Positions 1-12,900 of a stretch of 64,000 bases of DNA are shown in pieces. Positions within the stretch are counted from its first letter, which is position 1, and every line of letters begins with the position of its first letter. This stretch comes from Botryllus schlosseri. Its lineage: Eukaryota. The notes beneath the pieces are model-generated. The model searched no databases and had not been told where the DNA came from. It saw nothing but the letters and a program-made list of their open reading frames with translations. The position numbers were made by a program, and so were the translations under genes. The stretch is from positions 7,192,001 to 7,256,000 of the forward strand of contig CM119378.1 in NCBI GenBank assembly GCA_051294905.1. Direction: 5' to 3'.

Positions 1-1968
1 ATAATAATTGTAAGTTCACGTAGTATTGAATAATTCTTTACATTTTACTTATCTCTGAAGATATTTGACTTGCTCTTGACATACAAGCACAGTATGACAG
101 TCAGTAAGCAAAACTGCAAAAGTATGGTACATTGTAGTCACTCTTCAGCACATAGTGATCGTAACTCTATCCTCTCCAAGTTCGCTGACAGTCTGTATTA
201 ATAGGCCCTCGGTACTCGATGCCTATGTTAACTAATGACAACAGACTAACGACATTCTCAGTACGGTACTCAGTACCACATTCTATGCGATACCGTAGTA
301 TTATAGAGTATAGAGTCATACTCTATAGTAGAATCCATTGCACAAAAGAACGAAAACGAACAGAGAGAAAACAGAGAAAGCGAAATCGATGATTGATACG
401 CGCTAACTACGAAGTACGACCGGAGCGAACCTGTGAAAGCAGAAGGATTTTTAATTTACTATTACCTCCGTACGCTATTCCTACCTGCCCTGTAGCTGCA
501 CTCAACTCGTCTTGAGTGTAGCTGCTGTATATAGCTGTGCCAACAATCAAGGTTCACACAGCTCTCAAAAGTTGACGTCGCTAGTGGGCGACGTTACTTT
601 GAAAGTCAAAATTCAGAGATGAACGGATGTATCACCTTCAACCCTTTCTTCAATAACATAGGTCGATATGATTTTTGTTTTCTGGCCAAAATGATGACTA
701 TTAAGTCAATCTTCGTACGCTGATTACGAATATGAAGTCGCTTTTTTTCTCACACGTCAAGATTTTTTATAATCTGCGATTTAAAATTTTGCATTTTAGT
801 GCTAAAAACAGCCTGTTCTGTGACGTATTCCTTGCTGTTTGGTTATAGCTATCACTATTGTGACGTCATCAGATGTGGTCAAAGTACATACCATAGGTAC
901 TCAGGTAGAAGTAGAAGCAACGGCATCAATTTCTACTCAAGTAGAAGTAAAAGTAACTTTATATAGGTATGTAAAAAAGTCATAATCTAGACCTATCTTT
1001 TGATATCAGTATCAATTTAATAATATTTTCTTCCTTTCAAAACATCACAAGGCTGCGATACAATGAATAGATAGGAAGGCGTCGAAACGACTTGGAGTAG
1101 TCTTTGAAATCAGACATCAGAAAACTGAAATCAGAACTGGGCTTCGGCGATGTAAAGAAGAGGCATGCACCGCACAGCACAATGAATGAATAATAAAACG
1201 ACATTGAGGCTGTGAAGCATTTGAAAACAAAAATATTTACCATTTGGTGTGCCAATGTGGTTTGGAGAGAGCCACATGGACATGGAAAAGATTGTTACTT
1301 TTGCTCATGTGCTTTTATTTATTTAATGTCAAAATCAGCATAAAATTCAATATCCAATTTGACTTGCGCAATACGACCGATTTCTCATGGGCCAGATATT
1401 TCGATTCAAAAGTTTTACCAGCAGTTGAAGAAGATTCTCTCGGTGAAGAGTCTTTGTCTGAAGAATGCTCTCAGCATGTGTGTGATGATGATCAGCAGCT
1501 TTATAAAGTTGAATCAGGCTGAACTAAATAACTGTATTATAAATTTGAATTTGCCAAATGAATCTGTACTTATTGTTGGTTCCAGGTTGAAAGCCAAACC
1601 TATAGTCTACTTGGCACTGATGCCACTTTTCCTTGGTATATGCATCGTGAATCGTGATAGTGAATACACACTCTTCTTTGCCGGTGAACCCTCTTTAGTC
1701 TATTGTGTCGATGATCAAGGTCTCATAGAAACATTGGGAACCGTGAATTGCGCCTCTATATTTATGCATCAAGCCTAAAAGCTGTTTTGTCGCACAATTC
1801 AAATCAATGTGCTTCTTTACTTGTAGCTGGTACAACTGGCATCAAGGGGTCTTGCGAGAATATGAAGCTTTTGATTTCAAATTTGGAATATAGTACTCAA
1901 ACTACTCAAATGTGTAGTTTCCGTTGATTTTGAACTCATAAATATGGTACTGGTTCAACGGTCTAGAA

Positions 1969-2841
1969 CAGGGGTGGGCAAACTTTTGAGCTCTCGGGCC
2001 GCATTCAACATCTGAATCCATTCGCGGGCCGCACTATATAAAATTGGGATCATAAACCAAAACGCAATATTGCTGGTATTTGATTATATAGTGAGGACAT
2101 GGAGATAATATATGTGCTCATTTGAAACAAACCAAACATTGATATGATGATATCGTACACGTGCCAGAAACAATGGCGAGATTTCATAGGCTGGCCGACC
2201 TCAATAACCAATTTGTCAAAACTATAGAGATGAAAGTCTTTTGTCCCGATTCTTAAAACAGGATTGAAATTTAAATCTGTGAGCAGTGATCAGTTCATAG
2301 ATTTACTAATTGCGCATTGGGTTCAGTTCCAGAACACACAATGCTGACAGCACCATAACCATGTTAGCTTCAAACACGCTTCTACTATATGTGTAGATTT
2401 CACGCCCCCTTTTCGTCATATCACAAAACGCAATCAGGATGCTATGGCAAACCTAGCGGATTGTTTGGTGGCATGGGAGGTTACGACTATTGATGAGAGA
2501 TTTTTAAATATGAAATTCATACTAAATACAGAGCAATAATCAGGAATTGGAAGAAAATCGCGCGAAGCGCGAAAAAATTTTCAGTTGAGCTCAGCTTCGC
2601 GATCCCCTTCAGATCCTTTCATGACCCCAAGGGGCACGCGTCCCCCAGGTTGAGACCCACTTCCTTAGAATTATCATGGTGAAATATACTAAGAAAGAGT
2701 TTAATGAAGTCCCTGCATTAATTCGATTTTTAGTACGCATTTTATCAATATTTTTAATAAGTTTCTTCAGACTCTCGCGGGCCGCACAGAATGGCGTTGC
2801 GGGCCGCATGCGGCCCGCGGGCCGTAGTTTGCCCACCCCTG
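1969..2841 (+). mobile_element. Non-autonomous hAT (Charlie/Buster-like) element
   Basis: TIR CAGGGGTGGGCAAAC at both ends. Perfect 8-bp TSD GTCTAGAA at 1961-1968 and 2842-2849, the NTCTAGAN target typical of Charlie elements. Carries a nested MITE. Confidence 0.9.
2360..2661 (+). mobile_element. Nested degenerate MITE of the CAGTGGTTCTCAAC family
   Basis: Collinear with 13580-13896 (shared cgtcatatcacaaaa...ggatgct...ccccttcagat...ccaagggg...ggttgaga). Left boundary approximate. Confidence 0.65.
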
Positions 2842-3534
2842 GTCTAGAACTACAAGGTATCCTTGTTTTATGTATGAATGGGACAGTAGAAATCATTGAA
2901 TTTAGCGTAAGTGGCCGATGAGGGAGTGTCATACACTAGGCTTCAAAATGTTTCAGAGCCTGCTCTTATTATCGACAGCGCAATGTTGTATTTCCACCAT
3001 TATATAGCATACTGTATCTCATGAAAAAGTTTTTAAAGGCTCTGATCAAAGAGAGAGCACGTTCTAAACACATTCACGAGGGGTTTCCTCACTTGAGTTA
3101 ATACAATAGATGGTGTATTTGCTGGACCTCAAATCAAAACACTCATCACTAAAAAAACCTATTTCGTATTAGGAAGGCGGATTTGGAAAAAAAGACACGG
3201 CTCTATTTCATTGAAGCTGCATCTAAATTTCTTGGAAATACCAATGATCCTCATTATCTGGAGGGTTTTAGTTCAAGATAATCAAACCTCAAATCCAAAA
3301 AAGTAAGCTGAGAGCTTTGTAGAATGTGTTCCGTGTGATATACGGACCTAAACGGGCACAAACGCCCTTAATACTGCCGTATTTGAGTAAAATGTTCATT
3401 TGATTTTTGCGAAAAACTGTGACGTGATGAGTGAATTCTGACGGCAAATTTGGAATCAGCATCGTCAAATTAGGTACCCTCAATTACCCGTTCTAAAGAA
3501 AAACTAAAAAAATGTTGAAAAATGTCGACCAGTG

Positions 3535-3855
3535 TAATCAATCATCAATCAATCAGGTTTATTAATATTTTCATCGTTTCAAAACATCACACGTCTGCGA
3601 TACAATGAAAAGATAGGATGGTGTCGAAACAACTTGGAGTAGCCTTTAAGATCAGACACCCACCTTAGCCTATAGGCGAAGTAAATAAGAGGCACGCACA
3701 CTGAATGAAAAGTAATGCAGAGAATATAAGACGCAAGCGACAAAATGAGGTGGCATGTGGCGGAGGGCGAGGTCGATGTTAGGTCGTAGTCGGGTAATCC
3801 TGATGACTGGCTAGTATTGATTTAGAAGAGATTGCTTGTATTTCGACTTGAATGC
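3535..3855 (-). mobile_element. 5'-truncated LINE 3' end (CR1/L2-like) with (TTGA)n tail
   Basis: Begins with the ORF2-like terminus SAFKSKYKQSLLNQY*, followed by a 3' UTR and a short tandem tail. Near-identical copy at 42130-42367. Diverged copies near 1030-1230, 3880-4110, 34480-34740, 48780-49040, 49380-49520 and 63660-63770. Confidence 0.75.
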
Positions 3856-4165
3856 GGATGCATCAGTATATTGAAAAATATATAATTTCAAAACATCACA
3901 AGATAGTGAAAAGACAGGAAAGATTGGAAAGTGTCGAAACGGCTTGGGGTAGTCTTTGAAATCAAACAACCACCCGGGCCTAGGCGATGTAAATTGTAAA
4001 TAAGAGGCATGCACAATTGCTCAATGCACGTGCACACAGGATGGAAAGAAATCAGGGATAACACAAAACGACTAGTCAGATCGAGGTCCGTAGGGTCGAC
4101 TAGTATTATCTTCGAAATGTATAGTTTTCCGCAAGTTGGTAGTTTCGTTTCCATTGTCCTATTTC

Positions 4166-5294
4166 CAGGCCGCGTTATTTTTGGCATTTCGGGAACCAAA
4201 TGCCAAAACTGCCAAAAATAAATACTTCAAAATGCCAAAAATAAGGCTTTTTGGAACATAGATTTTTATGAAAGTTTTAGATAGAATTGTCAAGAAGTAT
4301 TGTAAGGAGTATGCATGAAATTTAGGTGCGTGAACCCTTCGGAAGGCCGCGGTCTACCGTCCGAGGGATCTATATTTAGTGCGAATGAAAATGTTAGGGT
4401 TGAGGCCAAAAAGTTGAGTAGCCTACTGAAATCTTGATTTACGATATACTGTGGATTGATCGACCCGGGTAGTAAATGATATCTAGCAATTAGGGCTGTT
4501 GCTCAATGACTATGCATTTTCCTGTTGTCACCGCTCCTTCATTTTGTTACCTCATGTAGCCGACACGCGCGACTCATGCTACATTTAGGCCAATGCGTAG
4601 GCTATGTATAATTCCATTTACTTTCAACTTGTAATGAGAATGTCAGCATACGGTGAAATCACTGATAGACTGCGTCCCGTTGGACGATAGGGATATAGTT
4701 TTATCAATGAACATTGAACAATTTAACATACACACTTACACAGTGAAAATGCCTCAGTCGCGAAGACATAACCCCCATCACTGCGTACCATACACACTGT
4801 GTATTACACAGTCTTGCAAACATTCACTCCATTACTGTTTTTCTGTTTGTCCGTTGGATATTTTTTCTTATTATATCAAATATTGAACCCACTCGTGATT
4901 TCTAACCCTTGGTTAGCGACTGAAGGACTGTGATTCAAACATGTCAGCAACGATTTTTAATTATCATCATAAATGGTATTGTGATCTGTGTGAATGCAGG
5001 TAATTATGCACCCATATCGAATCGACTATTCATATTAGATGTTCCAGAAGCAGTCGGTCGGTTTTGTATTTGGTGAATTGACTCTCTAAGACCGTTGTCA
5101 ATTCGGTTTTTACTCTCGCTGTTTGATGACACAAAGTGGATACTCCACGTTTTGTGACTTTAGTTTGATGTGCAAGATTAAACTATACAGTGTTTTACAT
5201 CGTCAATTCGAGTATACAAACACGAATTCTTTTCCTGGCAATGCCAAAACTGTCAAAAATAATATCTGAAAAATGCCAAAAATAACACGACCTG
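4166..5294. mobile_element. Non-autonomous hAT-type element, 1129 bp
   Basis: TIR CAGG(C/T)CG(C/T)GTTATTTTTGGCA with subterminal TGCCAAAA repeats. Perfect 8-bp TSD CCTATTTC at 4158-4165 and 5295-5302. Confidence 0.9.
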
Positions 5295-6912
5295 CCTATT
5301 TCTGTCCATAACGATGCCAATCAACATTCAACACTTCATACTCCGCAAAAATTCCGATTGACACCATTCTGAGGGACAGCAAAATCAAGCCCGAGCGATA
5401 ACACAAATATCTCGTTTTCTTAGTTGATAGTCAGATATTTTAGTAACTAATTAGGCCTATACTTTCCAGCCGATAGTCGAGCCCTTGCTAAAACTGCTCG
5501 CGATAAGTAATCTGACGCGTTCGTTTCTGGCCGTCAGCTTTCATCGCTTCAGTAGATCTTCGGAGTACATCGACACATACGAATTAGGTCGAAGTATGCA
5601 AAGAAGTGGCAACTTCCGTGTTGAATTTTGAACAACGGTGAGCTATGTACGTAGCCTACTAAGCTGTCTGATATAACACCACGAAAAATACGCGTACGCG
5701 TTCGTTGTCTGGGTTTATCCGAACCCTCGAATTGTCAATTATTTCTTTCACAAACTTTGAAAGAAAGTTGTTTGTTCAAGCAAGCCTTCGAAATGGCAAA
5801 ATTTGATCTGAAATTTCGAATTTCCCCGTGTGTTATGAGTTATGACCTACTTACTCAAGATTTCAAGCTTGTCCATGTGCCGTTTTTGGAAGCATATAGA
5901 CAGGCTTTTTGGAATTTGAGAATACCCCACGCGGAATATACAAAAAGTTTTACTTATATCCAAACAGAAAGGGCAACGACATTTGTGTAGCTGAATTCTG
6001 AAAGAAGACGTGGAATGGAAACATTTGACAATGAATTCGCTGCATATTAATACGAAAGGGCCACTAGCCTAAATCAGGGGGTCATAGGTAGCAAAATATA
6101 ATTGGCAAATGACCAGCGATCAATACTCATTGACGTTCAGCCCACTACTCTGACGGATATAGTTTGTTTTTGACCGTTGCTCCCTGTCACAGATGGGAAA
6201 GCTATAGATGACCCGACGCTTGCACCGTCTGAAAAAAAATGTTTCAAGCCTGATAACGCAAGGAGATGTCACAAAAGAAACTATTCAGAGACTTCTAGGA
6301 TAGCGTTACCATATTTCTATGAAGCAAATTCCGGACAATCTTTAGCGCCCACTAGCGGATTTTAAAATGAGGTGTAACACATTGACCGTCAATATGGCGT
6401 CACACTATAGCAAAGCATTGCCCATCGACTGTATGCACTATGCAGGAATGGAGTGGAACATAGGTCATGAATTGGGCCATCTGTAATGTGAGCTCTGCTG
6501 ATTGCTACTTGCTAGGATCTGCAAATGATTGTGTTTGACAGCCCTGTCGGTGTGGCAGTCTATTTATGTGTTTTAATCAGGTCCGAAACATCATTTTTGC
6601 TGCCCCCTTCCGCCCAAAAAAGCACTGATCTTGAGCCCACCATGGGGTAGTAAGTTGTTGGGCACTTACTATATGCATTTGGCTGTAAAAATTTTATGTA
6701 TGAATTCTGTCAATAATATTGATTCTTCCATATATTATAGGCTACTATAAAATACACCAGCAGTTTGCACATCCGGTGATTTCCAACCTTTTATGGTCGC
6801 GACCTCATTTCCGACTTGAAAATGTTCCGGGGCAAAGCTCGAAACTTGATAAGCTGATTACTAAAAAAATTCAGCTTGCCCAAACTTACTCACGGCCTAG
6901 CAAGCTGATTAC

Positions 6913-9900
6913 GTCCAACATCATCTCGATCCCCAGATAAAGGCGAACGACCCCAAGATTTGGAACCACCGTCTGTGACTGAAGCATCCAATCGGCCTTA
7001 ACCAACTCTATGAATATACCGTTGGCTTATAATTGCGATTGCAATCAGACTTCTTTCGGTAAATGATGGGTATTTATATTTATTTTGATAGCATCGTTTG
7101 GCGAGGGTGGTGCCTGGTGCCCATACTAATATCATTATACGTTGCATTAACTCGGGCGCGGCGCGAAGAACAATTTTGAATAGCATAAATCAGCTTTAAA
7201 ATAATATTGTTTATGTTGATTTACGAAAAACTTTTGAGCCTGCTTCAAGCCTTCAAAATTCCGGACATTTAGGCATATTTTAGAAATTCCTCCCGGACGC
7301 AGATTTTTCAGTGAAATTCCGGACATGTCCGGGAAATTTCGGACGTATGGCAACCCTATTCTAGGAGTCTAGGTAATGTATAAGCTACATATCCATCTCA
7401 TGACGTTTGCGATATTGAGAAAACATACCTATCCTTTACCAAATCGTTTAGTCTTTTCGGGCTTTTCAGAAATATCACGATATGGAATCGAACGCAAACC
7501 AGGCGCATTATACTCAACTCACATCCACTCGTTAGAAGGTTCTGTAGCTTTTCCAGCACTTGGTCAGCAACCTGGAAGGTTGTTGGCAGAAGTCCTATGA
7601 AGCCCGGAAATTGCTCCTGTAGGTCAGTCGGTATGACATCAGACATGGACGGCTCGGCGAGGATGTTTTTCGCTAACAACTGAACGGTGGTGTCGTGTTC
7701 GATGCTGAAGTTTTTGGAGACGAGGATGCGCCACCGCTCCGTCAATGTGTAGATGTCCTGTAAATACATATTTTAGCATGGTACAAAGTTAGTAGTACTT
7801 AAAGTAAAGATCAATGTACGGTATGCAGTTCAATATATATATAATATCCAAAGTGCTAGAATCGATTATTTATTTTAAATTGCTTACAATGCCGATCATG
7901 TGTAAATTGAGACATGTTAAATCAATCTTGAACATATGCTAGCATGTGATACTATATAGGCATATATTACATGGACATGCAATCATTGTTTGTTAGTTTA
8001 ATGTAAAAATATTAACATAGGTCAGGTAGCGAATTTCTAGTTTCATCAGCTACTCATGTTCAATGACATGGAAGCTTCCGAGTCTATTGATATGATATGC
8101 ACGACAAAATGCAGCGCTGCACATTATTAGGACCCTATTATTTGGCAACTTAATGCATATCAGATATTTTGTATAATTATATCCTAGATTCCATTCCGCA
8201 TCGTTCTGCTTACTAATTTTACACTGGGACATTAGGTGATATAAATAAACGCATTCAATATGAAATTATCTCCAAAAGTCGTTACAAAAACAATAACAGA
8301 CCTTTGTCATGAATAATTGGCGTGAATGAGCCACAGTCGGATTGGTGGTTAGCCTCGCGATAATTTTGTCCTGAACCAAATTGCGACAAGACGACAGCTC
8401 TGCCACAAGATCCGCAAAGTGAGCAAACGCCGACGCGAAATCTCGCTCTTCTTGTCTTCTTTTCTGAAAAAAAATCTAGTTAAAACACGAGTCGCAAATA
8501 ACGTTACACCTTTACGTGCCTTCACGACAATCTCTTCGTCGTCTTGCGTGGTGACTAGATCGACGTTAGCGAACGCGATGTCGCTTGGGTAAAAAGAAAG
8601 GTTATTGTTCATTGTTGACAGGCTTCCGGCTACGTTTAGCCCGCGAGGTGTTGCCACCGCGCTGGAGTAACCTCCTCTCGAAATCAACGCTTTGTGAAGA
8701 GCTCTCAAAAGGCTGAGAATCGTGAGATTTGCGGTGCAATGCTTAATTACGCGATGATACCGAGAGTGAATACCTACCTAAGGGAAGTGCATTTAGGAGT
8801 GAGCTGCTCTCTCGTAACGGCGCCCAATATGCGGCGTTGCATGACGTTTCGAGCGCAACGAAGCATAAGGGTTAAATCGTGAGCCGCGAATTCGCACCAT
8901 TCGTCTTCGCACATTCTGATTCGTTGACGGAGCGACAGTACTTCTTTGTGCAAAATCTAAAATTTGGTAACATCGTTTGGACTGCGGCGGTGTCATAGAG
9001 AGAAAACGCCTGTACCTTGTCGACCAAAGCTTTGTTGGCTTTCATCGGCCTTCCACCGAACACAACAGTTTTCGTAATCATTTCCGGTTCTACGTGTGCA
9101 GTTCCCGTTGGGAAGAAAGCGTCCAGATAAGAATGCGGCTGTTAATCGTTAATATTACGCCGTTAACATTCCTAATTCATCCGGGTGGTTAACAGCGCCA
9201 TTTGTGCGCAATATTTCACGAATAGATGTGATATTGTCTATATGACGCCATAATCGCTTTACCAAACCGAATCTCTATATAAAAACGTGTTACCAGATCT
9301 CTCGGAGATGGCACTGGCAGTCTCATGTACTTCGTAACGGCAGCGAGCGCCTGCTTTTGAGGTCGCGTGAGACCGCTCGTGCTCCCAGTTACTCCGCCGG
9401 AGCCGGATGTCACGAAAAATCGGCCTGCGGTTGTGTAACACGCGCGTTATTATCGTGAAAGTTCAGCAACATATCTTTGGCACGCCCTTGCCTGTTTTTG
9501 TGTTCGGCATCGGTTTTCTTCTCAACAGACCGAGCGCTCGCCTGTATTCCTCTTCTGCGATGTAGACGCGTAGTTGCAACAGATCGACTGAGCAGCTATG
9601 ACGCACGCGCTTGCTAACAAGTCCCGCTTGCATGCTTTCACGCAATTGTCCGCTCTGTAATAGATCCCAATGATAATAATCATTATATAGGCTTGACAAT
9701 CACAAAATCGATCACAAAGGCGTGTCGTCTGTAACAAACAAAATGTTTCATCAAGTGAATAACTTTTCATTAGCGTTTTTTCTTCAATTTTACCGTCCTC
9801 AATCGTCACATAGCGATGTCGACATATTATGGGTATACCTGAAATGCCGTACCAAAAGCTTACGTTGAGTTGCAATTTTTGGCATTACTTCTGTAGGCTA

Positions 9901-12900
9901 TACTTTACTTTAGTATGAGCAATGACTAGTTTGAGCACTTTTGCTGTAAATATAAATATCATACTATTCATACATACCTGGTACCATAGCCAAAGTTGCT
10001 CCACCGTTTCCGGATACAAACATTTGCACTGAACGACGAGCTCAGATCCGGTACTGTCCATGCTGTTCGTCAAAAGGTTTCCGTTGACAATTCTTTTAAA
10101 CGCATTCTCCACGACAAGGCCCCGAATTCTTTCGATTCTTAAAATGAAGCATAATGATGCGGTGCCGTTGCGATGTAAATTGAAGGAACATTGTTGAAAC
10201 CTGTCCACTGCTCGGCAGAGATCCCGTCCGTCTTGGGTGATGTAATTGAGAAAAACGCGCGCTGCCTTTTCCCTCATTTGATGAGGTGTAACGTGCAGAC
10301 TAGATCCCCAAACGTCCGCCAGATGCGACGGCAGGACGACCTGATCCACCAGTATGTGAGCGGTTAATGAAGCTGTAAAACAAATAGCCAGTCTAAATCG
10401 TGACGTGCCTAACAAAATTGCATGGGTTTCTGTGCGACCAGTGTGAAACATGACAAAGACGATTTATATTTGAGCATAGCTAGACCCTATTCGAGATTCA
10501 AGTCAAGCCAAGGTATTTTGAAAAATCCCTCTAAAATGGATTAACGAAAAGATCAATGCGTGGACGTAGCCCAGATAACAGCAAAGTGATTTGAGTTGAA
10601 TGAATGAGGAGATACCAGAAATACTTTTCCTACTATGTCCATACGAAAATCCAATTCCACATATCTAGTCTATAGGCGGCAGCATTGTGAGTGTTATAAA
10701 GGTTAATTCTTTGTACGCATATATATATGAACGTGAACACTCTAATAAAGTGCTCGTTAATAATAAACGACCATCCTTCATGTAACAAAAATCGATAGTA
10801 CGGAAAATGGTCTAATTACGACGGAAAGTTGTATTTACACCACGTCTAAATATATCTGCGGTTTCGCGGAATAGGAAGCAAGAATGTTTGTTTAAAATCA
10901 TTAAAATTGAAACGTCAGATATTTTTGTACATTTTAAGGTGTTTATCAAACAAATTTCTATTCTTAGCTCGGCTCAGCAACGGAAATGGTATACTGAGGC
11001 TTGTTTATCGCGGATACTCCTATAATCTCCGCAACGAGCCGTGATTTTAGCAACTAATAGTTTTCTCTGCTAAGAGTTCACACCACCAATATTTCGAACC
11101 TCCGCGTCTTCTTACAGTGTCCGTCCGCATCTTCCAAGCATCTCGCGTTGGAAATGATGTAGGGATGACGTTTTCCAATGAGGACTCCGCGTCTCGCGCA
11201 CCACGAGATTTCAACGCATGATGCTGTAAATTTCCACCGTACACTTATTACGTTCAGTCGTAGCAAAAATATAGCTGTTTTTCCTTTTACTTTGTAGGGT
11301 ACTATCCGATGCACCTAATAATGACGTATATTTTTGGGCATTTCCATCTCTACTAGAACTTACAGTTTTGGGGGTCAAAGTACATACTGGTCTTGGAAAT
11401 TGTGATGCCCATTTGTAGCGGGACATGAGAATATACATATGTCTATTGTCTATCCAAGGATGTAGTCAGTTTCCACTATGTCACAATGAGTCTGTAACGT
11501 CATGACATTATTGTTAACTATCACTAGGTTTTCAAATGCGCCTTCTATATTGTTATCCTGCTTGCTACGCCTGTATGTGCCTAATGCCTATATCCATCCC
11601 AATTTTAAAACTTTGTATTATACTCAATATCATGTTAATTGTTAGGCGCTAAAAACCAGACATAATCCTCCAGTCTAGTCTATCAATAAAAATTTATAAC
11701 CGATAGCACACGAGCACATGGAATTTAGGTAAAAGTCACAAATAATATTTTGCTGACCTTGTCTCTCGAGAAATTTTCTTCGTAACCTGGTGAAAGGTAA
11801 CATTTTTCTTTCCTAGATTCGATCGACATCGACGCCCCCATGACAGCCATGTGGCCTATCCGCTTGTACGGGGGGTATGTGAACGGAGTTTGTGGCGGTG
11901 CCGGAGTACCCCACGTCATTTTCGGAAACATGTCCGCTTTTCCTATTAGATAAACACATCGGGAATGTAGATTTTGCAATGAAAAATCTTTAAATATTTC
12001 AATAACTCACTCTTTTGCGTGTCCACTCGGATCATCCATCTTTGTTGGAGCTCGTCAACAACCCGCGACAATCCGCACGACTGTAGACATCGCCAAAGTT
12101 TTCTCAGCAAATCCTGTGGGCGAACGGACGAGATCGCACAATGAGATCGAAAATTGATTTCGGGAATATCTAGCCTTATTTTAGGTATGCTTGACGTCGT
12201 TGCACATTACATAAGGTTAACTGTGAACCTCGATCCGTGCAACGAAGTGTGTACCTGTTCGCGTGGGTTGGACTAGATGTGGATTCGATTCGTAATTGCA
12301 TCGCGTTGTTGTAAGCCAACAGAAATTTCAAAATTACATTTAGAACAAACGAACTGAGTTGGACGGATATTGGATAATCTACGTAGGCTTAAAGTAAAAC
12401 TTCTGTAATATTTATTCTTCGAAAGTTTGGGAGGATAATAAATAATCTCGAATATTCAACGAACGTTGGGTTATGTGACATCAAAACCAGACGCGGTCAA
12501 TAACGAAGTATATCTATTGCCTTCAATACTTACTCAAGTGAATATAATATTAGACTATACTTCCAAATTTAACAGTTTTCAGTTTTTGGCAGAACTCTTC
12601 CTGTAATACTTACCTTTATACTTATCTGCAAAACTCTACTTCTACCTGAGTACAAACGATGACTAGTTTGACCACTCTGTTGAAATCAAACAGTAATTTC
12701 AAACTTAATTTAGAAGGAAGGAACTTGAGTCACTTGTTGAATGCATGATTTACAAGAGCATGAAGTCAAAATTATGTTTGTTTTATCGGGAGGTGGGTAG
12801 AATAAGAAATAATAATCTCCAGCATTCAACGGACATAACATTTTGTGACATCACAACCAGAGGTGGTCATGGACGAAGTACTTCTACTTTTTCTAAGTAC

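Noticed and set aside
8540-8640. Possible nucleotidyltransferase (cGAS/Mab-21-like) motif AGSLSTMNNNLSFYPSDIAF in the death-domain gene
   Set aside because: The hG[GS]x9-13Dh[DE]h pattern lacks the second acidic residue (DIA) and no third catalytic Asp strand was evident. Too weak to claim without a profile search.
9016-9081. Separate gene starting at MITKTVV (operon partner of the death-domain gene)
   Set aside because: The frame extends upstream to an acceptor at 9140-9139 that joins in phase to exon 9424-9294, so a single gene is the simpler model. Not fully excluded.
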